From the NCBI GenBank assembly GCA_018057015.1, contig JAGPES010000002.1:1-37739 (forward strand): a stretch of DNA of 37,739 bases, in the 5' to 3' direction. The notes under the pieces were generated by a model. That model saw nothing but the letters and a program-made list of their open reading frames with translations, did no database searches and was not told the DNA's origin. A program made the translations under genes and the position numbers. Of this stretch, positions 30,246 through 37,739 are shown in pieces; within the stretch, counting starts at the first letter, position 1, and the number at the start of each line of letters is the position of its first letter. Origin of the DNA: Pseudomonadales bacterium. Its GTDB lineage: Bacteria > Pseudomonadota > Gammaproteobacteria > Pseudomonadales > UBA5518.

Positions 30246-30679
30246 TGCCGGACAGCACACTCATCACTCTGGCTGATGCGGTCGTTGCCAGCCTCAACGC
30301 CGGCACGTTCAGCCTCTCGTTCCAGGCGGAGCGCGGCTACCGCCCCGTGGCGGAGCTGCCCGCGCTGCAGGCGGTAATGGTCACAGTCATCCCCAAGAGC
30401 CTCGCGATCAGCGCGGCGTCGCGCGCGGACGGTTTCTATGACTGCGCGATCGACATCGGCGTGCAGCGCAAGGTCGACGTTGACGATCCGGCGGCGCTGG
30501 ACGCGCTGATGAAGCTGGTCGAGGAGATCGGCGATTACCTGCGCTACCGCAAACTCGATGGATTCGCCGTGGCGGCCTGGCTGGCGCTCGAGAACGAGCC
30601 GGTCTTCGCGCCGGAGCACCTGGAGCAGTACCGGCAGTTCACCAGTGTGCTGACGGTCACATACCGGGTGCGGAGGTGA
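30242..30679 (+). CDS. Putative neck/tail-completion protein
   Basis: ORF coupled to its upstream neighbour (GTGATG at 30242-30247). Assigned by position and by a size typical of head-tail joining proteins. Confidence 0.55.
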   Translation: MMPDSTLITLADAVVASLNAGTFSLSFQAERGYRPVAELPALQAVMVTVIPKSLAISAASRADGFYDCAIDIGVQRKVDVDDPAALDALMKLVEEIGDYLRYRKLDGFAVAAWLALENEPVFAPEHLEQYRQFTSVLTVTYRVRR

Positions 30680-30685
30680 TCGGCC

Positions 30686-31396
30686 ATGCCGCTGCAGTGG
30701 TTCGCGGGCTTCGAGGCGTCCGACCTCGCGGAGATGGTGAGCTTCACGGCCGCGACGGTGGGCACGGCGTACAAGCGCAGCGGCTCGTACGGCTGCCGAC
30801 TCACGGTTCCGACCGGTACGACCCTCGTGAACATCGCCGTGGCCAACGGCTACGACGCCAACGGGAACCCGACCACGGTCAGCCGGACAGCGTACACGAT
30901 CGGATTCGGCCTGCGCGTAATCGCGCTGCCGCAAACGGCGGGTCAATGGGAGCACCTGGTCTTCATTGGATCGGGCGTCACGCACCGGGCGTCACTGCGC
31001 CTGGGCCAGGATGGTACGCTGCGCCTGCACATCGGCGCGGTGGGCTCACCGCACCTGGGGAGCTTCGGGCCCGTCCAGCTGAACCGCTGGTACTACTGCG
31101 AGCTGGCGGTGCTGTTCGACCGGTACGTCTGGCGCATGGATGGAAACGTCGTGGCGCAGGGTCTCGGCGGCCCGGGCGGGTCGATGAACGTGGCGTATCT
31201 CGGGAAGCGCTTCAACCTCGCCTCGCAGGGCTATACGGTCGAGGTGGACGACATCTACACGTGCGACGACGCGATGTTCTTCGGGCCGACGGTGCGTGTG
31301 GCGCGCCTCAACGCGAACGTGAACGGCTCGCAGTTCGGTTGGTACCCGTACCCTCCGGACGAGCCGCCGCCCGAGGCCGAGCCCAAGGGAGGCTGA
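30686..31396 (+). CDS. Hypothetical virion protein (beta-rich, jelly-roll/LamG-like by composition)
   Basis: ATG at 30686. High GC3. No defining motif. Confidence 0.55.
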   Translation: MPLQWFAGFEASDLAEMVSFTAATVGTAYKRSGSYGCRLTVPTGTTLVNIAVANGYDANGNPTTVSRTAYTIGFGLRVIALPQTAGQWEHLVFIGSGVTHRASLRLGQDGTLRLHIGAVGSPHLGSFGPVQLNRWYYCELAVLFDRYVWRMDGNVVAQGLGGPGGSMNVAYLGKRFNLASQGYTVEVDDIYTCDDAMFFGPTVRVARLNANVNGSQFGWYPYPPDEPPPEAEPKGG

Positions 31397-31397
31397 C

Positions 31398-32072
31398 GTG
31401 GATTACTGGGAATACGTCAGCCAGGTTCCGCAGGACGGGGACGGCACGTACCTCGACGGCAGCTACCCCGGGGCGGCGTTCAACGTCGGCGTCGCCGATG
31501 TGGCGCTCGCGCCCGGCGAGCGCGTTGTCGCGGCGGCCGCGGCCGTGTGCTGGCGGAACAACAGTGGCGGCAACGGGCGCGTCACGCTGCGGGTCGGCGC
31601 CAGCGAACAGGCCACTGCCAACTTCAACCCGAGCGGTGCCTACGACACGGTCTTCGTTTTCGCCCGCAACTCGCCGGCCACGGCCAAGCCGTGGACGCGG
31701 GCCGAGGTCAATGCCGCGCTGGTCGGGGCGGTCGTCAACACCGGCTATGGCCTGCGGGCCACACAGGCCGGGCTGCACGTGCTGCTGTACACGCCGCCCG
31801 TCGTGCCCCTCAAACCGAAGGAGTGGCCCATGAACTTCAAGGCGCTCGATTCGCTCACCGCGACGGGATCGGACCAGGCCGTTGAGGTGCCGCGCGGCGC
31901 CACGCTGATCGTGCGGCCGCTGGCGGCGAATGTGGAGGTCCGGGACGTGTCCGGTGCGGCCGCGAAGCTGACGATCCCGGCCGACTCGATGGTGATGCTC
32001 GGCCCGTCCTACGGCCAGACGGTGTACCTGCGCGCGACGGCCGGCACGGTGATCGAGCTCGGGCTCACGTAG
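31398..32072 (+). CDS. Hypothetical virion protein with an internal SD + ATG at 31830
   Basis: GTG start lies 1 nt after the upstream stop. In-frame AAGGAG-N7-ATG at 31830 marks the start of the last 80 codons. Confidence 0.55.
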   Translation: MDYWEYVSQVPQDGDGTYLDGSYPGAAFNVGVADVALAPGERVVAAAAAVCWRNNSGGNGRVTLRVGASEQATANFNPSGAYDTVFVFARNSPATAKPWTRAEVNAALVGAVVNTGYGLRATQAGLHVLLYTPPVVPLKPKEWPMNFKALDSLTATGSDQAVEVPRGATLIVRPLAANVEVRDVSGAAAKLTIPADSMVMLGPSYGQTVYLRATAGTVIELGLT

Positions 32073-32101
32073 TGCGTCCGGCAGTCATGGAGGACTGAAA
32101 C

Positions 32102-32518
32102 ATGGCCAACTTCGTACTGGGGATGAACGCCAAGCTGTACCACGGCGCGGCCGGAGGTCCCGCATCTACCGAAATGACCAACGTCCGCAACGTCACGCTC
32201 AACCTGGAAGCGGGTGAGGCGGATGTCACCACGCGGGCCAATCAGGGCTGGCGGGCGACGGCGCCCACGCTGCGCGAGTGCTCGGTCGAGTTCGAGATGG
32301 TCTGGGACCCCGCCGATGCGGGGTTCACCGCCATCAAGAACGCCTACCTCACCGCCGGCCTGATCGCGCTGAAGGTGCTGGACAAGGAAGGCGGCCAGGG
32401 GCCGGACGGCGACTTCTCGATCATCTCCTTCAGCCGCAGCGAGGAGCTGGAGGAGGCGATCACGGTCAGCGTGACCGCCAAGCTCGCGGTGTACCGCACC
32501 TGGGTCACGGGGAGCTGA
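32102..32518 (+). CDS. Major tail protein (TP901-1/phi13-like family)
   Basis: 138 aa. GMNAKLYHG...VRNVTLNLEAGEADVTTRANQGWRAT...ECSVEFEMVWD...ISFSRSEELEEAITVSVTAKL is the typical siphovirus major-tail pattern. GGAGGA lies 7 nt before the ATG. It precedes the chaperone and tape-measure genes. Confidence 0.8.
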   Translation: MANFVLGMNAKLYHGAAGGPASTEMTNVRNVTLNLEAGEADVTTRANQGWRATAPTLRECSVEFEMVWDPADAGFTAIKNAYLTAGLIALKVLDKEGGQGPDGDFSIISFSRSEELEEAITVSVTAKLAVYRTWVTGS

Positions 32519-32523
32519 CGGCG

Positions 32524-33009
32524 ATGAAGACATTTGCCGACAACGCCGGGCGAACATGGACGATCGCCATCAACGTCGACGTGCTCAAGCGCGTGCGCGG
32601 CTTGGTCGACGTGAACCTGCTCGACATCATCGACGGGAAGCTCATCGAGCGGCTGTACCGCGATCCGGTGCTCCTGTGCGACGTCGTATACGCCGTGTGC
32701 AAGCCCGAGGCGGACGCCCGGAACGTGAGCGATGAGGACTTCGGGCGCGCGATGGCGGGCGACGCGATCGAGCAGGCGACAAAGGTGCTCCTGGAGGAAC
32801 TGGTGCTTTTTTCCCCGAGCCCGAGAGATCGGGCGAACCTGCAGCGCGTGCTCGAGACCACCTGGCGGGTGATGGACAAGGCGCGGGACCTCGTGGAGGC
32901 CCGGCTGGCGACGGTCGACGCGGAGCAGATCGTCGTCCAAGCGCTCGCGACGTCTGGGACCTCATCTGGCAGTGCGCCGGGATTGCCGGCGTCGATCCCG
33001 GACGGCTGA
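32524..33009 (+). CDS. Tail assembly chaperone (gpG-like)
   Basis: Located between the major tail protein and the tape measure. Acidic helical protein. The ATG at 32524 is preferred over the 32278 track start, which overlaps the major tail gene. Confidence 0.7.
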   Translation: MKTFADNAGRTWTIAINVDVLKRVRGLVDVNLLDIIDGKLIERLYRDPVLLCDVVYAVCKPEADARNVSDEDFGRAMAGDAIEQATKVLLEELVLFSPSPRDRANLQRVLETTWRVMDKARDLVEARLATVDAEQIVVQALATSGTSSGSAPGLPASIPDG

Positions 33010-33248
33010 CGCTGCGCGAACTGCTCGCGCTGGCCGAGGCGCGCGCCAAGGACGAATGGGCACGGATGAGCGCGCTACTGGCGCTGCTCGCGAACTGCCA
33101 TCGCGACCCGAAGAAGACGCGGGTCTTCCGCCCCGCGGATTTCGACCCGTTTGCACGGCGGACCGCGCCGGTGGAGGTCGGAATGGAAGCGATCAAGGAG
33201 TTCTTTACCACAGGCAAACTCCCGGGCACGGATGCTCGGGTGCAGTGA
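32940..33248 (+). CDS. Probable -1 frameshift extension of the tail chaperone (gpT-like part); 5' limit approximate
   Basis: The -1 frame is open from before 32800 to the stop at 33248. It reads like protein from about 32952 (VWDLIWQCAGIAGVDPGRLTLRELLALAEARAKDEWARMSALLALLANCHRDPKKT...) with no plausible start codon of its own before M33066. Confidence 0.5.
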   Translation, partial: SARDVWDLIWQCAGIAGVDPGRLTLRELLALAEARAKDEWARMSALLALLANCHRDPKKTRVFRPADFDPFARRTAPVEVGMEAIKEFFTTGKLPGTDARVQ

Positions 33249-33276
33249 TGTGAGGCACAGCGTAAGGAGAATGCAC

Positions 33277-33630
33277 ATGCCTCTTCCGGAAGAAGTCGTG
33301 ACGAGCGTGTCGTCCACCAACTTCAAGTCGCTGGGCGACGGTCCGTCGTTCTACCACAACCTGGCGATGAGCAACGCGGTCAACCAGCAGAACCTGGCGG
33401 CGCAGAATGCCATTGCGCAGCAGCAGGCGCTGGGCACCGTGCTGACCGCCGCCGTCGGCAAGATCGTCAAGGCCCTGACCGAGGCGGACGCCGAGGAGGC
33501 GGTGTCGCTCAGCAAGGTCATGAGCGGCGACGATGTGGCCCAGAAGATCGCCAGCCTGATCGGGGCGCTGGGCTTCGGCCAGATCGGGGCCAAGACGGCC
33601 CAGACCACGCCGCCGCCGACCGGCACGTAG
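33277..33630 (+). CDS. RebB/killing-trait (R-body) family-like protein
   Basis: VVTSVSSTNFKSLGDGPSFYHNLAMSNAV..NLAAQNAIAQQQALGTVLTAAVGKIV...DDVAQKIASLIGAL parallels the RebB consensus as I remember it (ITDsVTQtNVKvlgeaPAmA...qNAv.aQQq.n.l.qAat.qgv). AAGGAGA lies 7 nt before the ATG at 33277. A strong terminator follows the gene. Confidence 0.6.
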   Translation: MPLPEEVVTSVSSTNFKSLGDGPSFYHNLAMSNAVNQQNLAAQNAIAQQQALGTVLTAAVGKIVKALTEADAEEAVSLSKVMSGDDVAQKIASLIGALGFGQIGAKTAQTTPPPTGT

Positions 33631-33646
33631 TCGGCTCCAGTGATGG

Positions 33647-33686
33647 CGCCCGCGGAGTGGCCGATGCGGCGCTCCGCGGGCGTTTT
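33647..33686 (+). terminator. Strong intrinsic terminator inside the tail operon
   Basis: An 11-bp perfect GC-rich stem, CGCCCGCGGAG (33647-33657) / CTCCGCGGGCG (33672-33682), with a 14-nt loop, followed by TTTT (33683-33686). Confidence 0.7.
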
Positions 33687-33712
33687 CCTGTGCCGGAGAC
33701 GAGGTGTGCGGC

Positions 33713-34150
33713 ATGATCACGATGCAGATCAAGACCCTATTCTTCGACAAGCAGACCGTGCTGCGCGCCGTGGACAAGGCCAAGCGCGCCGTGCTGTCGA
33801 AGGCGGGCGCGTTCATCCGCACCACCGCCAAACACAGCATCCGCACGAAGAAGGGCAGCGCGCCGGCGGGCCAGCCGCCGCACTCGCACGAGGGCTCGCT
33901 GCGCCGGCTGATCTACTTCGGGTACGACCCGGCCAGCGATTCCGTCGTGGTTGGACCGGTGGGTTTCAAGCGCAGCACCGCTCCCAACGTGCTCGAGTTC
34001 GGCGGCAAGACCGAGGTCAGGCGCCAGCGGCGCGGCCAGGTTGTCCGCACCCGTGTGACGATCGACCAGCGGCCGTTCATGGGCCCCGCGCTGGAGAAGG
34101 AGCGGCCGCAGCTCCCGAAGCGTTGGGGCGGCAGCGTGCGTGGAGGGTAG
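33713..34150 (+). CDS. Hypothetical tail/neck protein (HK97 gp10-like?)
   Basis: GAGG lies 8 nt before the ATG at 33713. The motif SAPAGQPPHSHEGSLRRLIYFGYD resembles a morphogenesis-protein motif I recall only loosely. It lies immediately upstream of the tape measure. Confidence 0.5.
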   Translation: MITMQIKTLFFDKQTVLRAVDKAKRAVLSKAGAFIRTTAKHSIRTKKGSAPAGQPPHSHEGSLRRLIYFGYDPASDSVVVGPVGFKRSTAPNVLEFGGKTEVRRQRRGQVVRTRVTIDQRPFMGPALEKERPQLPKRWGGSVRGG

Positions 34151-34153
34151 TCC

Positions 34154-36142
34154 GTGGCGAACACGAAGGGCATCCGCGCCGGTCGGGCGTTCGTCGAGCT
34201 CGGCGTGGACGACAAGATCGCCAAGGGGCTGCAGAAGGCCGAGCAGCGGCTGAAGGCCTTCGGGGAGGGTGTCCGCTCGGTGGGCCTGAAGCTCGGGGCG
34301 CTCGGTTCGGCGGCGCTGACGTTCCTGGGCGGCACGGTGAAGGCCTTCGTCGACACCGGCGATGCGCTCGACGAGATGTCGGCCCGCACCGGCGTGAGTG
34401 TCGAGACGCTTTCGGAGCTCGGCTGGGCGGCCGACCTGGCCGGCGCCGACCTGGAGACCCTCGAAACCGGCCTGCGCAAGATGCAGAAGGTGGTCACAGA
34501 GGCGGCGACGGGTTCAGCCTCTGCGACCGAGGCTCTGGCGCGGCTGGGGCTGAGCGTCACGGACCTGGTCAATCTCAACCCGGAGCAGCAGTTCAAGCTG
34601 ATCGCCGATCGACTCTCGAAGGTGCAGGACCCGACGTTGCGGGCCGCGCTGGCGATGGAGGTCTTCGGCAAAAGCGGGACGCGCTTGTTGCCGCTCTTGG
34701 CAGATGGGGCCAAGGGACTCGAGGAGTACCAGCGCAGGGCCCGCGAGCTCGGGCTCACCGTTTCCAGCGAAACCGCCAAGGACGCCGCCGCTCTGGCGGA
34801 CACGCTCGACACGCTCTGGCGCGTCTTGAAACAGTCGGCATTCACCATCGGAGCGGCGCTGGCACCAACCATCAAGGATCTGGGCGATGCGGTTACGCGC
34901 GCGGTGGTGCGCGTCACGGAGTGGCTGAAGCAGAACAAAGCGCTGATCGTCACGGCGCTGCAGGTTGCAGCGGTGGTCACCGCTGTGGGGGTCGGCCTGA
35001 TCGTGGCGGGGACGCTGATCTCGGGCATCGGCGCCGTGTTCGGTTGGCTGGCCACGGTCGTGACGGGGATCGGCGCGGCGTTCGCTGCGATCGGCACGGC
35101 GCTGGCGGCCATCGTCTCGCCGATCGGGTTGGTGATCACTGCGGCCGTGGCGCTGGGCACCACGTTATTGGTCGTCACGGGCGCCGGGAGCGAGGCGCTG
35201 ACCTGGCTGGGCGAGCAGTTCGGCCGGCTGCGCGGCACTGTATATAAGGTAATGGGTGGGATCGCGGACGCGTTGGCGGCAGGCGACATCAATCTGGCCG
35301 CGCAGATCCTCTGGCTCAGCCTGAAGTTAGCGTGGCAGCAGGGTGTGGCGGCGCTGAACCGGGCGTGGCTGGAGGCCAAGCGCTTCTTCCTGAGCATCGC
35401 GTACGGCATGTGGTATGGGGCCCTCGCGGCGGCCGAGATCGGCTTCCACGCCCTCGAGGTCGCCTGGATCGAGACGACGTCCTTCCTGTCGCAGACCTGG
35501 ACCAGCTTCACGGCGGGCTTCCAGAAGGCCTGGAACACGGCGATCAACTGGACCACCAAACGTCTGCTCGAGCTGTGGGGCCTGTTCGACGAAACGCTTG
35601 ACGTCGAGGCCGCCAAGAAGATGGCTGACGAGGATCTTTCGTCGGTGAACGCGGAAATCGACCGGCAGCGCGATGCGGCGCTGCAGGCCCGCGAAGCGCA
35701 GCGGCAGGCCGAGCGCGAGCGCGCCAAGAGCACCCACGAAGGCGCGCTGGAGGAGATCGGCCGTCAGGACCAGGACGCGCAGCGGCAGCTCGATCAGGAA
35801 ACCGACGCCCGCGTCAAAGCCACCCAACAGCAACTCGACGAAGCCCGCAAGGCGCTGGACGACGCCGTGGCGGAAGCGCGGCGCAAGCGCGAGGCCGCCG
35901 ATGCCGAAGGCGCTGCGCCGAAGCGTCCCCCGATTGATCCCCTGGCCGGCCTGGACGATCAGCTCGCCGGGCTCGGCAGCCTGCTCGCGCAGAAGATCAG
36001 CGTGATCGGCACCTTCAACCCGCTAGGCGCGGCGGGGCTGGGCGGCGGCAGCGCCGCCGAACGGACGGCCCGCGCCACCGAGGAGACCGCCAAGCACACG
36101 AAGCGTCTGGCCGAATCCGCCGGACGGTTGACGTTCGCGTAG
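34154..36142 (+). CDS. Tail tape measure protein
   Basis: TP901-type TMP core (FVDTGDALDEMSARTGVSVETLSELGWAADLAGADLETLETGLRKMQKVV..., LKLIADRLSKVQDPTLRAALAMEVFGKSG). Central hydrophobic/Gly-Ala segment. C-terminal coiled coil. GGAGGG lies before the GTG at 34154. Confidence 0.9.
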   Translation: MANTKGIRAGRAFVELGVDDKIAKGLQKAEQRLKAFGEGVRSVGLKLGALGSAALTFLGGTVKAFVDTGDALDEMSARTGVSVETLSELGWAADLAGADLETLETGLRKMQKVVTEAATGSASATEALARLGLSVTDLVNLNPEQQFKLIADRLSKVQDPTLRAALAMEVFGKSGTRLLPLLADGAKGLEEYQRRARELGLTVSSETAKDAAALADTLDTLWRVLKQSAFTIGAALAPTIKDLGDAVTRAVVRVTEWLKQNKALIVTALQVAAVVTAVGVGLIVAGTLISGIGAVFGWLATVVTGIGAAFAAIGTALAAIVSPIGLVITAAVALGTTLLVVTGAGSEALTWLGEQFGRLRGTVYKVMGGIADALAAGDINLAAQILWLSLKLAWQQGVAALNRAWLEAKRFFLSIAYGMWYGALAAAEIGFHALEVAWIETTSFLSQTWTSFTAGFQKAWNTAINWTTKRLLELWGLFDETLDVEAAKKMADEDLSSVNAEIDRQRDAALQAREAQRQAERERAKSTHEGALEEIGRQDQDAQRQLDQETDARVKATQQQLDEARKALDDAVAEARRKREAADAEGAAPKRPPIDPLAGLDDQLAGLGSLLAQKISVIGTFNPLGAAGLGGGSAAERTARATEETAKHTKRLAESAGRLTFA

Positions 36143-36152
36143 GAGACCCGCG

Positions 36153-36956
36153 TTGCCCGTCGAGGTCGTCGAAAAGTTCGAGAGCCGGCTAGTCACCACC
36201 GGCACGAGCCCTTCGGTCGAGCTGCGGTTTACCATCCGCGGCACGAACGACGACGTCGCAGCGCGCAATGCCCTGGTCGCGGGCAGCCCAGCCACGTACG
36301 ACCCCTGGGGCAGCGGGTGGTTCTTCCTGCCGCGGGACACGGTCAGCGTTCAGCCAATCGGCGAGGAACTGTGGGAGGGGATCGTTCGGTACGGCCCGTT
36401 CACGCCGACGAACGAGTCGACCTTCGCCTTCGACACCGGCGGCGGCACACAGCACGTCACGCAGAGCAAGCAGACGATCGCGAAGTACCCGGCCGGCACG
36501 GCGCCGGACTTCAAGGGCGCCATCGGCGTCACGAATGACAGCGTCGAAGGCGTCGATATCACCGTCCCGGTCTACCAGTTCGCCGAGACGCACTACCTGC
36601 CCGACACGACGGTCACGCCGGCCTACCGCATGACGCTCTTTCAACTCACCGGCCGCGTGAACAGCGGTGCGTTCAAGGGCTTTGCTGCCGGCGAAGTGCT
36701 GTTCCTCGGCGCCTCGGGCTCGCGGCGCGGGTACGGCGACTGGGAGATCACGTTCCGCTTCGCGGCCAGCCCCAACGTCACGAACCTCACGATCGGCGAC
36801 ATCACGGGCATCAACAAAAAGGGCTGGGAGTACCTGTGGGTGCGCTACGCCGACAGCGAGGACACGGCGGCCAAGGCCCTCGTGAAGAAGCCGATCGCGG
36901 TCTACATCGAGCGGGTTTACGACGACGGCAATCTGAGCCTGCTGGGGATCGGGTGA
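36153..36956 (+). CDS. Putative distal tail protein
   Basis: TTG start lies 7 nt after GGAG. Located immediately after the tape measure. High GC3. No defining motif. Confidence 0.55.
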   Translation: MPVEVVEKFESRLVTTGTSPSVELRFTIRGTNDDVAARNALVAGSPATYDPWGSGWFFLPRDTVSVQPIGEELWEGIVRYGPFTPTNESTFAFDTGGGTQHVTQSKQTIAKYPAGTAPDFKGAIGVTNDSVEGVDITVPVYQFAETHYLPDTTVTPAYRMTLFQLTGRVNSGAFKGFAAGEVLFLGASGSRRGYGDWEITFRFAASPNVTNLTIGDITGINKKGWEYLWVRYADSEDTAAKALVKKPIAVYIERVYDDGNLSLLGIG

Positions 36957-36959
36957 GCG

Positions 36960-37739
36960 ATGGGCACGACGCTGAAAAAGGTGCGCAGCGGCGACCCGCT
37001 CGTCATCCCGGCGGCGACGTTCAACGCCTTCGTGGACGTCGCGCGCGACTACCAGGAGCGCCAGCGCAGCGCGACGCGTGACGGCCTGCCCGATTGGCGG
37101 CAGACGGGGATTGTGCTGGTCCGCAATGACAGCGGCGCCGATCGCGGTCGCTTTGACGTCCTTGGTGTGTCCGGCACCGTCATCAAGCCGACGGACAATG
37201 GCGACGCGTTCAAGGAGCGTGTCGCGCTGAAGGGCGTCGCGCCGACGGCGGCGCACGCGGGCCGGTTCGTGATTTTGCTCGAGCCCGTGAAGAACGGCCT
37301 GTTCGGCCGCGGGTGTGTGGACGGCGTCTGTGTTGCGCGCGTGAAGATGAACGACGAGGGCCACGTTTTCGCCGAGGCAAAGGGCGGCCAGGCCGACAAG
37401 CTGGACAGCGGCGCGGCGGGTTCAGCCTGCCTGCTGTGGATACAGCCGCCCAGCGAACGCGACCCCGACCCGACGGTTGCGTGGGTCGTGGCAAAGATCG
37501 GCCTGCCGACCGGCGCGGCGTCGATGGCGGCGGCGTTCGCCATGATCACGTCGAAGTCGGGCACCGCGCCTCCGTACCGCTATGCCGCGGCGCAGGCCAC
37601 GATGGACGAGGTCGGGGCGTGGACGCAGGTCGGCGGCGGGCTGGCGTACAACAACGTGTTCAATCTGGAGGAGCAGGGCGCCGGCGGGCAGTGGGTCAAC
37701 CCGCTGGTTGTGGGCGATGTGGTCCTAATCTTCGCAGCG
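36960..37739 (+). CDS. Tail/baseplate-associated protein, 5' partial (open to the window end; absent from the ORF track)
   Basis: I translated manually from the ATG at 36960 (MGTTLKKVRSGDPLVIPAATFNAFVDVARDY...). There are 260 codons without a stop up to 37739. High GC3. Follows the distal tail gene. Confidence 0.65.
   Translation, partial: MGTTLKKVRSGDPLVIPAATFNAFVDVARDYQERQRSATRDGLPDWRQTGIVLVRNDSGADRGRFDVLGVSGTVIKPTDNGDAFKERVALKGVAPTAAHAGRFVILLEPVKNGLFGRGCVDGVCVARVKMNDEGHVFAEAKGGQADKLDSGAAGSACLLWIQPPSERDPDPTVAWVVAKIGLPTGAASMAAAFAMITSKSGTAPPYRYAAAQATMDEVGAWTQVGGGLAYNNVFNLEEQGAGGQWVNPLVVGDVVLIFAA

Larger units (their letters stand above)
116..37739. mobile_element. Integrated temperate siphovirus-like prophage (left junction at tRNA-Asn; right end lies beyond the window)
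   Basis: An integrase abuts the tRNA, followed by contiguous repressor, replication, methylase, terminase, portal, capsid, tail and tape-measure modules. Many neighbouring genes are coupled by ATGA/GTGA start-stop overlaps. Confidence 0.85.

Noticed and set aside
32807-32812. T6 run considered as the chaperone frameshift site
   Set aside because: It does not form an X XXY YYZ heptamer in the zero frame. Shifting here would add about 45 junk-like residues before the protein-like part of the -1 frame.
33913-35733. The 606-aa minus-strand ORF, and the similar long antisense ORFs at 23354-24898, 25648-26967, 27980-29254, 36189-37364, 9676-10713 and 11617-12375
   Set aside because: Each lies opposite a gene with clear family motifs (tape measure, terminase, portal, capsid, tail, ATPase, helicase). 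Each has Ser/Arg/Ala/Pro-rich low-complexity translations.
1-37739. CRISPR arrays, rRNA genes, transposase/IS elements and reverse transcriptase/DGR or retron signatures
   Set aside because: I saw no regularly spaced identical repeats with unique spacers, no rRNA-like sequence, and no DDE or RT motifs in any frame I read.

Overview
This GC-rich window (roughly mid-60s % GC by eye, not computed) is almost entirely one end of a temperate, siphovirus-type prophage sitting next to a tRNA-Asn(GTT) gene at 56-127. Left to right it contains:
- tRNA-Asn, then a large serine recombinase on the minus strand whose last four codons overlap the tRNA 3' end.
- A plus-strand three-gene cassette: a 292-aa PD-(D/E)xK-like protein, a LexA-type S24 repressor, and a 917-aa Hel308/Ski2-like helicase ending in an OmpR/PhoB-like winged helix.
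- A helically phased CTGAC repeat array, then a Com-like zinc finger, a sigma-70-like factor and small unknown genes.
- A recombination/replication module: Cas4/RecB-like nuclease, AAA_24/Sak4-like ATPase, DUF669-like protein, SF2 helicase, an unknown protein, VRR-NUC, and a Toprim primase/P-loop helicase.
- A lower-GC, ori-like repeat region with an antisense zinc-ribbon ORF, then a ParB-N::DNA methyltransferase fusion.
- Nine tightly packed minus-strand small genes of unknown function, one of them HARE-HTH.
- The packaging and head genes: Nu1-like small terminase, large terminase, NrdR/Ogr-like zinc ribbon, a phage tRNA(CAT), gpW-like protein, lambda-type portal, protease-scaffold-capsid fusion and DUF2190.
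- Neck and tail genes: major tail protein, chaperone with a -1 frame extension, a RebB-like gene followed by a strong terminator, tape measure and distal tail proteins. The last gene runs off the right edge.

Most long track ORFs antisense to these genes are GC-driven shadow ORFs. The best candidates for something new are the integrase-proximal nuclease/LexA/Hel308-wHTH cassette with its adjacent phased repeats, and the nine-gene antisense operon. A RebB (R-body) family gene inside the tail operon is also unusual. All family assignments come from motif recognition by eye; no searches were run.
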